Shown here: piece by piece, positions 25,952-38,627 of the stretch
Position numbering within the stretch: position 1 is the first letter of the stretch
Layout of the letters: every line of letters begins with the position of its first letter
Source of the DNA: Fistulifera solaris
Taxonomy: Eukaryota
Direction of reading: 5' to 3'
Assembly: GCA_030295235.1 (NCBI GenBank)
Contig: AP026123.1
Span: 744,001 to 808,000, forward strand
DNA: 64,000 nucleotides
Made by a program: the position numbers and the translations under genes
The notes under the pieces: generated by a model
The model's input: the letters and a program-made list of their open reading frames with translations, nothing else
The model's database searches: none
Told to the model about the DNA's origin: nothing

Positions 25952-26056
25952 CAAGACCATTGCCTTGGCAAAGACGACCCGGCCCCGGCACCATTGTTAC
26001 CAGATTCGTACTGTACTACAAGGTACGTGGTAGGGTACGCATTGTTACCTGGTACC

Positions 26057-26185
26057 GAGCGGCACTCATAACCGTTATAACCTACATAAAGCATCACAGC
26101 AAATTATCACTATAAAATAATAGTTACGGAGCAGCACTCATAACCGTTATAACCAACACAAAGCATCACAGCAAATTTTCACTAT
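26057..26185. repeat. Two-copy direct repeat, ~73-bp period
   Basis: gcactcataaccgttataacc..aaagcatcacagcaaatt.tcacta occurs twice. Confidence 0.85.
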
Positions 26186-26398
26186 TGGATAATAAGTGCT
26201 CTAAGTAAATATAGAGTCGTACGAAGGACAGAATGACATCCAACGAGAAAAAGCGAAGAAAATTTTCCCACCACTTGCGATGAAAACATGCAATTGCGAT
26301 GATTCATTCGGAGTTTAGTCTTCATTATTCGAACCATCTCGGCAGTTCTTGCTAATAACTATAGCTACAAATTGCCCTCACAAAGAAATTATCCCGTC

Positions 26399-27911
26399 AT
26401 GTCGTCTGAAGCACGTAAGTTTGATGTAGGAGGAATCTCGGCGTAGGAGAGATGATTGTGTCGCTCGCTCATCGCACCTCACTTTCTCTGTTTCGCGTTT
26501 TGAATGCTCGGACTGATTACAGCTACTGGAGCCCGTGGTAGCCTTTTTGGTGCCGGAGGACGTTTTTCGGGAGGAACGGACCCGATCATGGAAAAATTCA
26601 ATGAATCTTTATCGTTCGACAAGCGCATGTGGGCGCAAGATATCCGCGGCAGTATTGCGTACGCGAAAGCGAATATTAAGACAGGTATCCTCACGCAAGA
26701 GGAGGCCGACCAGATTGTCGCAGGTCTCGAACAAGTTCATCAAGAATGGGCGAACGGCACGTTTGAAGCGAAACCCGGTGACGAAGACATCCATACAGCC
26801 AACGAACGTCGACTTACGGAACTTATCGGCCCCTTGGGTGGTAAACTGCACACGGGTCGCTCTCGCAACGACCAAGTCGCGACGGATACTCGCTTGTGGA
26901 CGGTAGACGCAGAAAAAGATATTTTGAAAGATCTCAAGGAGCTACTTCTAGTCGGAGCACAAGTCGCTCGTGAGAATGTGGATATTCTCATGGCAGGGTA
27001 CACCCATCTACAACCGGCTCAGCCGATTCGTTACTCACACTGGTTGTGCAGTCACTTGGCTCCTCTCGTGCGCGATGCGCAGCGTTTGCAGGAAATCATT
27101 CCTCGGGCGAATCAATGTCCTCTCGGATCGGGTGCATTAGCTGGAAATGCGTTTGGTGTGGACCGCGAGTTTCTGGCAGAAGAGCTCGGCTTTGGGGCCG
27201 TGACATCCAACTCATTGGACTCTGTTTGCGATCGCGATTTTGTTGTCGAGTTTCTTTTCTGGAGTACAATGTTGCACACGCACTTTAGTCAATTCGCTGA
27301 GGATGTTATCATTACGAATTTGTTGAGAGGTGTCGAGATCAGTGACGCGTATGCCACCGGATCGTCACTCATGCCGCAAAAGAAAAAATCCGGATGCTTT
27401 GGAGTTGCTTCGTGGTAAGGCTGGAGTAGCATTAGGGCGAGCAGTAGGCCTTGCAGCTACCCTTAAGGGACTCCCGCGTGCCTATAACAAAGATCTGCAG
27501 GAAGACAAAGTGCCGCTCTTCCAAGCGGTCGACACAGTGAAGGATTGCATTGCTATTGCCACGGGCGTCATCGCAACTATGAAGCCTAACCCAGATATGC
27601 TTATGAAGGCTTTGTGTCCAGAAATGCTAGCGACAGATTTGGCAGACTATTTGGTACGAAAGGGAGTGCCTTTCCGAGAAACTCATCATATCAGTGGTGC
27701 TTGCGTTCGCTTGGCCGAAGAGCAAAAAATCAGCTTGGACAGCTTGACCCTTGAGCAGCTCCAGGCAATCGATGCTCGCTTTGAAGAGGACGTGATGAAA
27801 GTTTGGGATTATGAAATGAGCGTGGAACGCAAAAGCTCGACGGGAGGAACAAGCAAGGACTCTGTGTTAAAACAGATCGACGATATTGTTTCATTTGCCG
27901 AGAAGCTGTAA
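26399..27911 (+). CDS. ASL: Argininosuccinate lyase; intron 26415-26522, frameshift in A-run ~27385
   Basis: DEDIHTANE, KLHTGRSRNDQV, GYTHLQPAQP, TGSSLMPQKKNPD, YNKDLQEDK, KGVPFRETH. Confidence 0.97.
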
Positions 27912-27948
27912 TCGATAACTATTTTATTTAATCATTCTAGTCAACCTT

Positions 27949-30900
27949 TTATTCGATTTCAATGACATCAACTATCTCGCCTGATTCTATTGCCATTTTA
28001 AGAACTGAATGTGCCGGCAAAGACGACTCTGCTGCTGCTGCATCTTTGCTCAATAGTAAACCCTTAAAATAATCCGCGAACGTCGGTTCTTCGACAAATA
28101 TGAATTCTGTCGCTCCATGCTGCAACTGACTGCGGATAAACCGAAGTAAGCCCTCAGAGTCTGGAGCGATCGGAAATCGAACGCCGTTCACCGAAGCAAA
28201 TATATCACCAACACTCGGCTTGTAAAGTTCTGCACCTGGCGATACTTTTGATACAACAATGCGTCCTTTGTAATTTTCGATAGTTAGTCCAAGGCTTGGT
28301 CCTTTCAAAATAATACGATATGCCCGGCACGTTTCACCACAAAAGCAGTATCGCGAATCGATAGCGGTGGATGACGCTGAACCCTTGTCTACTTCTGTGG
28401 CAGCGACCTTTCTATCCTCCTCCTCATCATCATCGGATAATGCAATAGCGTCTTCTTCTGTTTGGCCAGAGTGTGCTTTTGTAGACATTGACTTCAGCGA
28501 AGAATCAGCAGGAAGGGATGCCGGCTTCGCATTGCAAAGATCTTCGTTCGAATCCTTGAATGTAGTTTCTGAATCAGGAGCCAATTCGTCGTCATCGGCT
28601 GACACCTGCAACATCCTCTGCTCTTCGTCACCGAGCATTTCAATATCATGAATGAGATCAGAATCAAGCTGCAAAAATTCATCTCCCGATTCGGCATCGT
28701 ACGAAAGATCTTCATCCTGACCAACATCGATGCCTTGAAAATGATCGTGCAGCTCCTTCACTGTGTGGTAAGTCTTATCCACAACGAGTTTATGATTTTC
28801 CTTTCCTTCAACAAATTCTCCGAGATCGGTAAACTTCTTCTCGATCAACCTCCACAAGATGTCATCAATAGTGCCGCGCGCGACAAAATAGAGACATCGC
28901 ACACGAGCCTGTTGGCCGATACGGTGACACCGATCCTCTGCTTGAATCATTATAGCCGGAGTCCAGAAGAGTTCAGCGAACCATACCGTTGATGAGGCTG
29001 TTAACGTCACAGCGACGCCTGCTGCCGTGATGCCGAGCAATGCAATCCTCGTGGTAGGATCATTCTGAAAAATCTGAATTTGTTCTTGCCGTTGCTTCGG
29101 GTTTGTGGACCCATCAATTCTTATGAATTTACATTTACCATCTGACTCTCGATTTGATAAATTAGCCAAGTCCCTGATGGCGTCCAGAACCGATATATGG
29201 TGAGCAAAAATGCAGAGTTTGCCTTTTGTAGGGTCGTTCAACCAACGCTTCAAAAGATCGACAACTAGTGGGATCTTAACCTGACCAGTCCTTTCATATA
29301 GTCGTGCTAGAACTCTCGTCCTCTTCGACTCATTTTGGTTCAAGAGATTCTGCCCGAATCGTGACGCTATTGCGTCCATGCCTTGTTTTAATTGGGATTC
29401 AATGCGGCTATTGAAGTCAGTTTCCAGCTGCATTTTGAGAAAGTCGTATCGGTCTTGTGACAGCTGGTGGGATACCTGATTAAGGGTAGTTTGAATACGA
29501 ATTCGACCTTCCATCTCGCTCCGTTCTACTTGAGCTTCGAGTGATTTAATGGCATCCTGTATCTCACCCTGCACTGGCTCGGTACTTAAGCTCCCTGCAA
29601 TCGTTTGGGCGTTATTGCTTCCATTTGGACCAGTTATTGATAAATGATGCTCGATACGAGCAAGTTGTCCAAGCGTTCCCTTTCCTTGTCGAAGCTTAGC
29701 TAAAAGGTCCCTGAATTCGACTTGCTCGTCTGGACCGAGGATTTGAAAGCTTGCTTTCTCGCGAAGCTTACGAGGAAGAGACTTCAAAATATCTGCTTTC
29801 AGGCGACGTATCATTATCGTCCCCGTTAACATTGTATGAAGTTCTGCACTACTCTCGGCACTCCCGTTCCTTACGTACTTGTCGACAAAAGCAGCTTCGT
29901 CATCCCACCACCCGTGTCGCTCGGTGCCCAAAATAAGGAGCTGCGGCCAAAGCTCGGCGGGACGAGCGAGAGCAGGGGTCCCAGACAACAAAACACATCT
30001 CTTTGTCGCGGTAGCACTGGGAGCAAGCGCGAAGTGCGCTTGCTTGATTTGTTTTTAAGCATGTGTGACTCGTCGACAATAGCACAATCAAACATTCCAG
30101 GAGTAATTTTCCTGCTCTCCACAAGAGTCGTAACAAGTCCGTATGAGCAAATGACAACTTTGGTAGACTGTGACGGGAATATTTCGTCTTTGGATGTCGA
30201 GAGAACGTTAATTTGCGATGGGGAAAGACAACTATTGTCTTCATGAAAGTTATCGTCGTCCGCCATAGTCCCTTCACCGAGCCACAACAAAAATTCACTT
30301 TCCCAATGATACCGCGCACTACTAGGGCAAAGGACTAATAGCGGCCATTCCTGAAAGTATATACTCATGCTAGCAATCGCTTGAATGGTCTTCCCTAGTC
30401 CCATGTCTAGCAAGGTTTGTAATGAGCATGTATTCCTCTCTTGCAAAGCTCAGATCAGCTACCGATACTTACCGTCCGCAATCATGGCCCTGCCATCTTT
30501 ACTTAAAACAAAATCCACACCGCCTCGTTGGAAGGGCGCCAGAGCCTTTGCCAAACGAAGAGGTAGGCCTTTCTCTTGCAACTGCTCTGCTGATGGGTAT
30601 CCCTGCGCCTGCCTTGCCCTTTCCACAGACGCAACCTGAAGCTGATGCTGCGGGATGCCCTCGACAGTGGTCAGTGGGTCGGACCGCAGGAACGAGGCAA
30701 AAGCTAAAAGGCTGTTAGAAGAACGTCCGGTCATACTGCTTCATCTCAAAGCAACGTACCGTGATAAGCACCAAGGGGGATTCTCCATTTCCCACTCCCA
30801 TCCGCGTCGCGTTCGTACACCGCTTTGCCGTGCTCCCTTGAAATAGCTTTGATCGACGCACGAAGCCCTGCTATAGGTGTTGGATTCCTACCAAACTGTA

Positions 30901-32472
30901 CTGGTAAGCCAATGATTGTAAACTCATTCACGTTTAAAAGTGAAAGGCGAAATAATCGTCGCTCATTTTTGGGTGACTTCGGCGGACCCGGAAGAAGCTG
31001 GTTCCACGTAGGCGTAAAGTTGTGAAATTCCAGATATTCCGGAGTGTTCAAAGCAAATGATTGAGGACGCTGGTGTGGAACTGCTGGAAGCCTTGCTGAC
31101 CCTATCGATATGCCACCATGATTTGTAACAGGCATTGGGGGTCTATGAGCAGGAGGCTTCGACAAAGACTCTGGTTGTGGCTCTACCCTTGGACGCTTTC
31201 TAGCCGGAGATTTTGCCATATCTTCTTCTATGCTTCCCTCACCGCTGTCTGTATCATCGTCCACAGAAATGATTATGTGATCGTTACTTTCCGTCGACTT
31301 CATCGGGGACTCCTCTGCAGTGATAGATTCGTTGTGTTCAACAGCGGTTCTTTTGTTATGCACTTCATTCGGAAGAACATGTACAGATAAACCGCCGTCC
31401 TCCAGTTCTCCAGATACGTTATGTTGCGCAGACAATGACGGTGGACTATTCTGTACATCCAACAATGCTGCTTCCTGTACCATCGCCTCGTCGTTGCTGT
31501 TCTGATGCTCCATGGGAATCGAATCTGTGTTGCTTTGTTGATTTTCCATGATTTCACTGTAGTCTATCTCACCAATCAGTGGAGATTTGGTTTCGGACGT
31601 ATTCAAGGTTTTCTGTGAATTTTCTCCAATATCCAATAAGACCGCCTCTTGTACCATTAACGGATCTCCGTACCCGGGCAGTTCTTCACTCTGTACCGTG
31701 CTCGACGACGCTTGTCGGAGAGCATCGGTATCCTCCTGATGGACCAAAGCCTGTGCGGGCACAGATGGAATCGAGGGTGTAGCCGTTTCGATTGTTTCCA
31801 TGGCACTAACATTGTTCGGCGTTGCATCATCGAGACCGGCTCCTGAGACCTGACCAGGACGTGCATCGGAGGCGGTCTCTTCCGTCGACTGCGCTAATTT
31901 GGCGCCCGGCAAATTTCCGTCAACGTTTCTTTGCCTTCAGCGAACTGGTCATCCTGCGTATATTGTGCGGTATCCTGCAATGTCGTGACTATATTCGAAT
32001 GGATAGGGTCTTGATTATTGTTGGCTGGTGGTGCATGAGTAAACATTTGTTCTCCGATTTGTGCGTTCTCTTCCAAGGCGTTCATCTTGGCGGAAGCAAA
32101 CGATGATGATTCAATTGCAGACGTATCCACGTGTATTTCTGTCACCGTAGGAGCGACATCCGCGGCTTTCGCCATGAGAGAGTCGTCACTTATTTGTTCG
32201 GATTTCCCGCTGGCCAGGGCATCGGCTATTGCCACATGCACTATTGCCGGAATGACAGCATCTTCCTTGTCGGCAGTGTCTTTCACTGGATCTGCTACAT
32301 CTGCTTTCGTCGGATAAAGCTGTAAAGCAACTGGTTCGACCGGAGCCACAGGGACGTTGACCATCGCTTCTGTGGGCGTCTCGTCGCGAACAGCCGTTCC
32401 TGATTCTTCGCCTGGAATAGTGGTGTTGATAGGAAGGACCTCCGCGACCGGTGTATCTGTATTCGCATCCAT
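27949..32472 (-). CDS. SMARCAL1/HARP-like SNF2 helicase with long acidic N-terminus and C-terminal PDZ-like segment
   Basis: PFQRGGV, AD|DMGLGKT (intron 30472-30407), DESH, SGTP, RIDGST, QAEDRCHRIGQ; further intron ~30759-30704; frameshifts ~31905, ~30000. Confidence 0.9.
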
Positions 32473-33165
32473 TTTCTCAATCGTGTTTTAAATACAAGTA
32501 ATACCCAAAATTGCTCGTCTTACAGCTGATTCAATAATAAGCTTGAGCTGCGTGTAGTAGCAAAGACCGAGAATTGTTGCGTGGCTTTAATTCTGCGATT
32601 CTCTCAATGAGTGTACGACGAGATGCTTCACTATGTACGACCAATGAGACGATTTCGTGATGCAAAAGTCAACAAGAGAACTAGGAGTTCACGAAAGCCA
32701 GGTTCAAGGATCAAATGATCTTCATTTGCACCAAGATCGTACTCGTGCGAATGATGCGGAAGGAGATGAATGAAAACAAGATGGTTAGTACCGCTACGTT
32801 TTCCGACTATCGATATTGATGTGTTACAATAGCAAGGACAAACTACATTATAGACTTCAGTACCGGTTACGCAAAGTGTGTCGAACCACGTTGATTTTAA
32901 GGGGAGTTTATTCTGCGTTGCGCGTTGCGGTTTTATTCATTCCTTCACAAGAAGGATGTGACAAGATAAAAAATACTCCGCAATAGAAAAGCGCTACGTT
33001 ATCAATTTATACCCATCCCTTGATCTTTTATCGTTCATTAGCACACAATTTTCGCATCGAATACACATTTACTCCTAGTAATTGCTTTACAATACAGAAG
33101 ACGGCAAGTCACACTTTTGTTATTATCCAAACGCATCCACACAAATTTTCCCGCAAAATCGCAAA

Positions 33166-33786
33166 ATGGTCAACCCCAATTCCAACGGCTCCATTGCTGA
33201 AAATGCACGGCAATTTCAAGATCAATTGCACCGGCTCTTGTCCAAGCTGACGGATACTACCGATTTCATCAAAAATTGGCCCGAAGCCAAAGGAGGCGAC
33301 GGGTCCATGCACGTTGAGCGGACCAGTCAACTGATTACGAAGATACATACTACTGTACAAATGCTACAGCGAGTCGAAGGATTCTTACAGAAAGATGCCG
33401 CCTTGCGCGAAACGTTCCTGCAGTGCCGCATCCCGTTGGATCTGTTGGATATGCTGGATTCGAGCAAGGTGAATCCGGATCTGTTTGCCCGAGGGCTACT
33501 CCGCGAAGCACTGGGACAGCTGGCGGGGCTGAAGCGACGGAAATTGGCTCTGGAATTGCTCGGTGGAGCGATCACTTCGGGGATCACCGGTGTCCCAGCA
33601 ACACAGGCTTCGGCAGAGAACGTGCCATCTGTAAAGGAAGAACCAACAATGAACGACGAAAAAGACGCTTCAAAGAAAAGGAATATTGAACAACTGGAAG
33701 AAAGTTCACCCGTCGATGATGTCGAAGCGGATACAACAACGCGAAAGAAAATAAAATTAGAACACGAGAACGAACCGGAGCTTTGA
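33166..33786 (+). CDS. MED10: Mediator subunit Med10-like protein
   Basis: IPLDLLDMLD...NPDLFARGLLREAL..LAGLKRRKLAL matches the Med10 pattern (vP.e....iD.g.NP..yt...le.a). Confidence 0.65.
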   Translation: MVNPNSNGSIAENARQFQDQLHRLLSKLTDTTDFIKNWPEAKGGDGSMHVERTSQLITKIHTTVQMLQRVEGFLQKDAALRETFLQCRIPLDLLDMLDSSKVNPDLFARGLLREALGQLAGLKRRKLALELLGGAITSGITGVPATQASAENVPSVKEEPTMNDEKDASKKRNIEQLEESSPVDDVEADTTTRKKIKLEHENEPEL

Positions 33787-35551
33787 TTACCGGACGTGGA
33801 CATTGGAGGAGAATGTTTTGATTTTTCTGTTGGTTGAACTATAATACGTACGGAGTAATGGGGTCTGCTAAAGCTTAGTCAGTCCTTAATTGCGAAAATA
33901 GCCCTTCAGAATTTCTGTCTTTAAAAAATGTAATTATAAGCGGATCCACCAATGTTATAGTCCAAAGTGTTAGTCTCGCACAACATCTGTACGAGCCAAT
34001 ACTTGCACACCGGGTCCAGACTATCTGGTCCCACCGCAGAATTTCTGTGTGACCGAAATACCGATTCCAGAATCTCTTGAATTAGGAAAAATGATATCTC
34101 CAAACCAAACACCGATTCCAGAATTTTCTGGAACTTGCACAAATCCTTTGTGCGACGCAAAGGACATTATCCAGAATATCTGCAAGTCTCACAGAATGTC
34201 TGCACGACCCAAAACACCGATTCCAGAATTTCTGGAAAGTGCACAAACTCTTTGTGCGACGCAAAGCACCTGATCCAAACTATCTGGAAGTCTCACAGAA
34301 TGTCTGCACGACCCAAAACAACGATATTCCAGAATTTCTGGAAAATGCACAAAATCATTGTCTGACGGAAATAAGTCCCGATTTTTCCAAACTATTTGAA
34401 ACGTCGACAGAATCTCTGCGCCATCCCAATCACCCAATTTAAAATTTCTGGAAGTCTCGCAGAGCATCAGTACGAGCCAATACACATACACCGGGTCCAG
34501 ACTATCTGGACCCGATAGCAGAATTTCTGTGTGAACAAAAATACCGATGCCAGAATTTCTGGAATTAGGGAAAATGATATCTCAAACCCAAACAGCGATT
34601 CCAGAATTTCTGGAATGTGCACAAACTCTTTGTGCGACGCAAGGCACCTTATCCGGAATATCTGGAAGTCTCACAGAATGTCTGCACGACCCAAAACAAC
34701 GATATTCCAGAATTTCTGGAAAATGCACAAAATCATTGTCTGACGGAAATAAGTCCCGATTCCGAACTATTTGAAAGTTGTACAGAATCTCTGTGCTAAA
34801 CAAATCACCCAATTTAAAATTTCTGGAAGTCTCGCAGAACTTCTGTACGAGCCAATACACCGGGTAGGTCCAGACTATCTGGACCCCATCGCAGAATTTC
34901 TGTGTGAACAAAAATACCTATGCCAGAATTTCTGGAATTAGGGAAAATGATATCTCAAACCCAAACAGCGATTCCAGAATTTCTGGAATGTGCACAAACT
35001 CTTTGTGCGACGCAAGGCACCTTATCCAGAATATCTGGAAGTCTCACAGAATGTCTGCACGACCCAAAACACCGATTCCAGAATTTCTGGAAAATGCACA
35101 AAATCATTGTCTGACGGAAATAAGTCCCGATTCCGAACTATTTGAAAGTTGTACAGAATCTCTGTGCTAAACAAATCACCCAATTTAAAATTTCTGGAAG
35201 TCTCGCAGAACTTCTGTACGAGCCAATACACCGGGTAGGTCCAGACTATCTGGACCCCATCGCAGAATTTCTGTGTGAACAAAAATACCTATGCCAGAAT
35301 TTCTGGAATTAGGGAAAATGATATCTCAAACCCAAACACCGATTCCAGAATTTCTGGAATGTGCACAAACTCTTTGTGCGACGCAAGGCACCTTATCCAG
35401 AATATCTGGAAGTCTCACAGAATGTCTGCACGACCCAAAACACCGATTCCAGAATTTCTGGAAAATGCACAAAATCATTGTCTGACGGAAAGTCCCGATC
35501 CCGAACTATTTGAAACATGGACAGAATATCTGCGCCATCCCAATCACCCAA

Positions 35552-35574
35552 TCTATTTATAATAGCGCGCTGTG

Positions 35575-35638
<64 letters not shown>

Positions 35639-35765
35639 ACGTAACGTAACGCGCTCCCGGGTGTCTGAATCACGGGTGTGACGCTATCCCCGGGGATCGA
35701 GCCCCCGCTTGCGGGAAGGGCGAGAACGAAAAAAGCCCTGCAGGCGCCCTGCCGCAGGCGGCTAG
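35552..35765 (+). mobile_element. Non-autonomous Helitron-like element, copy 1 (long GT microsatellite)
   Basis: A|TCTATTTATAAT 5' end; GC-rich hairpin cctg-ccg-cagg then CTAG|T; no TSD. Confidence 0.8.
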
Positions 35766-35788
35766 TTTTATTTTTAAAATAATTTTTA

Positions 35789-35963
35789 TCTATTTATATC
35801 TATTTATAATAGCGCGCTGTCCGTGTGTGTGTGTGTGTGTCACGTCGGTCCCGGTTGTTCAGTCCCGGGTTTGACGCTATCCCCGGGGGATCGAGCCCCC
35901 CGCTTGCGGGAAGGGCGAGAACGAAAAAAAGCCCTGCAGGGGCTAGACGCCGAAGGCGGCTAG
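35789..35963 (+). mobile_element. Non-autonomous Helitron-like element, copy 2
   Basis: A|TCTATTTATA doubled 5' end; (GT)n; cgcc-gaa-ggcg hairpin then CTAG|T. Confidence 0.8.
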
Positions 35964-36622
35964 TTAAAATAAAAACATCTGGAAGTCTCGCAGATCTTCT
36001 GTAGACTGCTTTCCAGTCATGATTCACTTTACTTTCGAGCGACAGTTTGACTTATTACAATTATAAATTGTTTGTTCAGCATTACTTCCTGACCTCCATT
36101 TGTCATGGTTCTAATCAAATAGTTTGTTAGTCGAAGAGCCCTGCGATTGCAAAACGTTGTCTTCCGCATAGAGAGCTACAAGAAGACGAAAGCAATTTGT
36201 TTTTCATTACAAACCCAAAACTCAGCTTTCAACTTTTTATATGAATCGACATAAAACACTATACTATTTGCAGCTTGTGTCATTTCGTAGACTAAGGTTT
36301 CCTCATTGCGCGTCAACAACTATTTTGTCAGAGCGAATCGAAGTCCATTCGAATCTTTGTGAATCGAATCTTGAGATTCACTCACATTCGAATTCTCCGA
36401 TGACGAACGCAAAGTACACATTTTTCCAGTGTCACAAAACGTTGTCTTTCTTCCATCCACGTTTTTGGGGGGAACGCAATATTTTTTCTCCCCCTCCTAT
36501 TTCGCCTTTTCACCAAAGTTGTTGAAGTGACGAGTGACGAGCAATCGGTTCACAAGTTATCGCTCGAAAAAACCATCACCCGAAGACACTCCTCTGTTTG
36601 CAATCAATATCTGACTTGAACA

Positions 36623-38516
36623 ATGACGATTGATTTTCATCATCTCGAAGACATGGACTCGCGGCGGCGTTTTATGGAAGTGAACGGCATTTCTACGAAT
36701 GATGTGCGCGACGAACATCACGACCGGAGGCGGCTTCGTCATCATCATCACCGCCATCATGTTGGGCATGAGTCATCGGAAGACAAATTCGGTAAATTAG
36801 AAATAGCGCAAGAAAACGACTTTTGGGCGAAGCAAAAGAAAATGGAACACGACTCGGAAGCCAAAGTGGCGAAGCAACATCGCAAGCGACAAAAACTCAT
36901 GCATGAGCTGTACCAAGATTCGGGCATTCATCTGGACAGCATTCATGGATTGATGATCGATGCTGGTTCGACGGGGAGCAGGCTACATGTGTACGAGTGG
37001 AAGCCGCGTGTCCTCAGTGATCCAGATGATATCGCGGCCGCTGTCGCTGGTGATTACATTAGTGTTCCGGGAACGGAGTCAAGATGGACTGATCGATTGC
37101 GACCTGGCTTGGATACGTTTGCTAGTATTCAAGACGATGATGAGTTACGTCAGGCGGTAAGAGACTACTTACAGCCTCTTTTGGAGTTTGCCGAGACTGT
37201 GCTGCACGAGAAGCGGAACAAGTTCGGAGAATATCCCATCTTTTGCGAGCAACGGCAGGAATGCGAATCTTGAGTACGGAAGACCGAGCCCGCGTCATGG
37301 AAGCTGTACGTAGCTCGTTCCGTGACAAGACTTATTCGCCCTTTGCTTTTGTTGACGAGCAGGCAAGAGTCTTGTCGGGTGAAGAAGAGGCCATCTATGA
37401 CTGGACTGGTGTCAATTTTTATTGGGAAATTTAGTCGAACAATCTGCTGGAGCTGGTTCCGTGGTAGAACCCACGTTGACGCACGGTGCGTTAGACCTCG
37501 GTGGTGGTAGTACGCAGATCGCGTTTTTTGAGCCGAACGGCGATATCATGAGCAACCTCTTCAAGTTGCAGATTGGTCAAGCCAAACACTGGAATTTGTA
37601 TGCGCACAGTTTCCTCTTTTATGGGATTAACGAAGCTATCGCGAGATTTCATTCGAGGTTGATCGCCAACAAAACTGTGGAAGAGCGTCTTGTGAAGGGA
37701 ATCCACAATCCTTGTCTTCCAGGAGGGTCAGAGCAACAAGTGCGCACGGACATTCACGTGAAACACGACGGACTTGAGATCTGGGAGAGCGACGATGCCA
37801 GCGTTGGCGCGATAAGTCACGCCATTTTAAAGAATGAAAAGGCGAATGGAGATGTGGATCAGTGTTTCGAAGAAGCGAAAGCTCTCTTACATCTTGAAAA
37901 GAATGATTGGTGTGATTTTGCCCACAAAGGCGATTGTTCGTTCGCTGGGATATATCAGCCTGCGCTTCCGGTTCAAAGTCCCAATTTTGGAGAGTTTTTA
38001 GCCTTTTCAAATTACTATCATGTTTGGCAATTCCTTCACTTGCCAGCCAAGGCATCGATAGCGCAGCTTGAGCAAGCCACAAGACATGCTTGCTCATTGT
38101 CCAAGGAAGAACTGATAGTATTCAATGACGGCATAGTGAGTGAAGACGAACTGGATAGTTACTGCTTCAGGTCGGCCTACGTGTATCAGTTACTCCGAAA
38201 TGGCTACGGTTTCAGAGATGAAGATTCTATTAGAGCGACTCGAGTTGTTGCTGGGCATCAGGTTGGGTGGTGTGCTGGCGCTATGCTGTACGAAATAAAC
38301 GCCATGCCATGGAAGTATGTGGAGCAAAAGGTTGACATGGCTAGCGCAACTTCTGCCACGCCAGAGATCTCTGCTATAATACTTATCGGTATCGTATCGA
38401 TGCTTTCTCTTTTGTTTGCCGTCTTCCGTCTTTCTCGGCAAAGACGTCAATTTCTAAGTGAATACGAATGCCTTTTGGAGAAGAAAGAAAGCAAGTCGAA
38501 GTACGATAGTTTGTAG
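36623..38516 (+). CDS. GDA1/CD39 family apyrase (nucleoside diphosphatase); frameshifts ~37243, ~37420
   Basis: IDAGSTGSRLHVY, ATAGMR, LSGEEEAIYDW, ALDLGGGSTQ, GWCAGA; C-terminal TM. Confidence 0.93.
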
Positions 38517-38627
38517 GTTCATTTTGTAATAACAATTGATTAGCGCTTGTTGTACAAATAAGATATGAAACATAAAGAACGACTTAGGCCCGCTGTAGTA
38601 TTCTTTCCTGCGATTCATTCTAGACTT

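Larger units (their letters stand above)
33970..36005. repeat. Higher-order tandem array (~371-373 bp unit of ~53-bp monomers), interrupted at its right end by two Helitron-like elements
   Basis: gtccagactatctgg at 34014, 34495, 34868, 35239; same ttccagaatttctggaa core; repeat resumes at ~35964. Confidence 0.95.

Noticed and set aside
33921..35562. Many short ORFs in repeat arrays (also 561-911, 2875-3904, 49917-50971, 54094-55273)
   Set aside because: By-products of tandem repeats in several frames; no domain signal.
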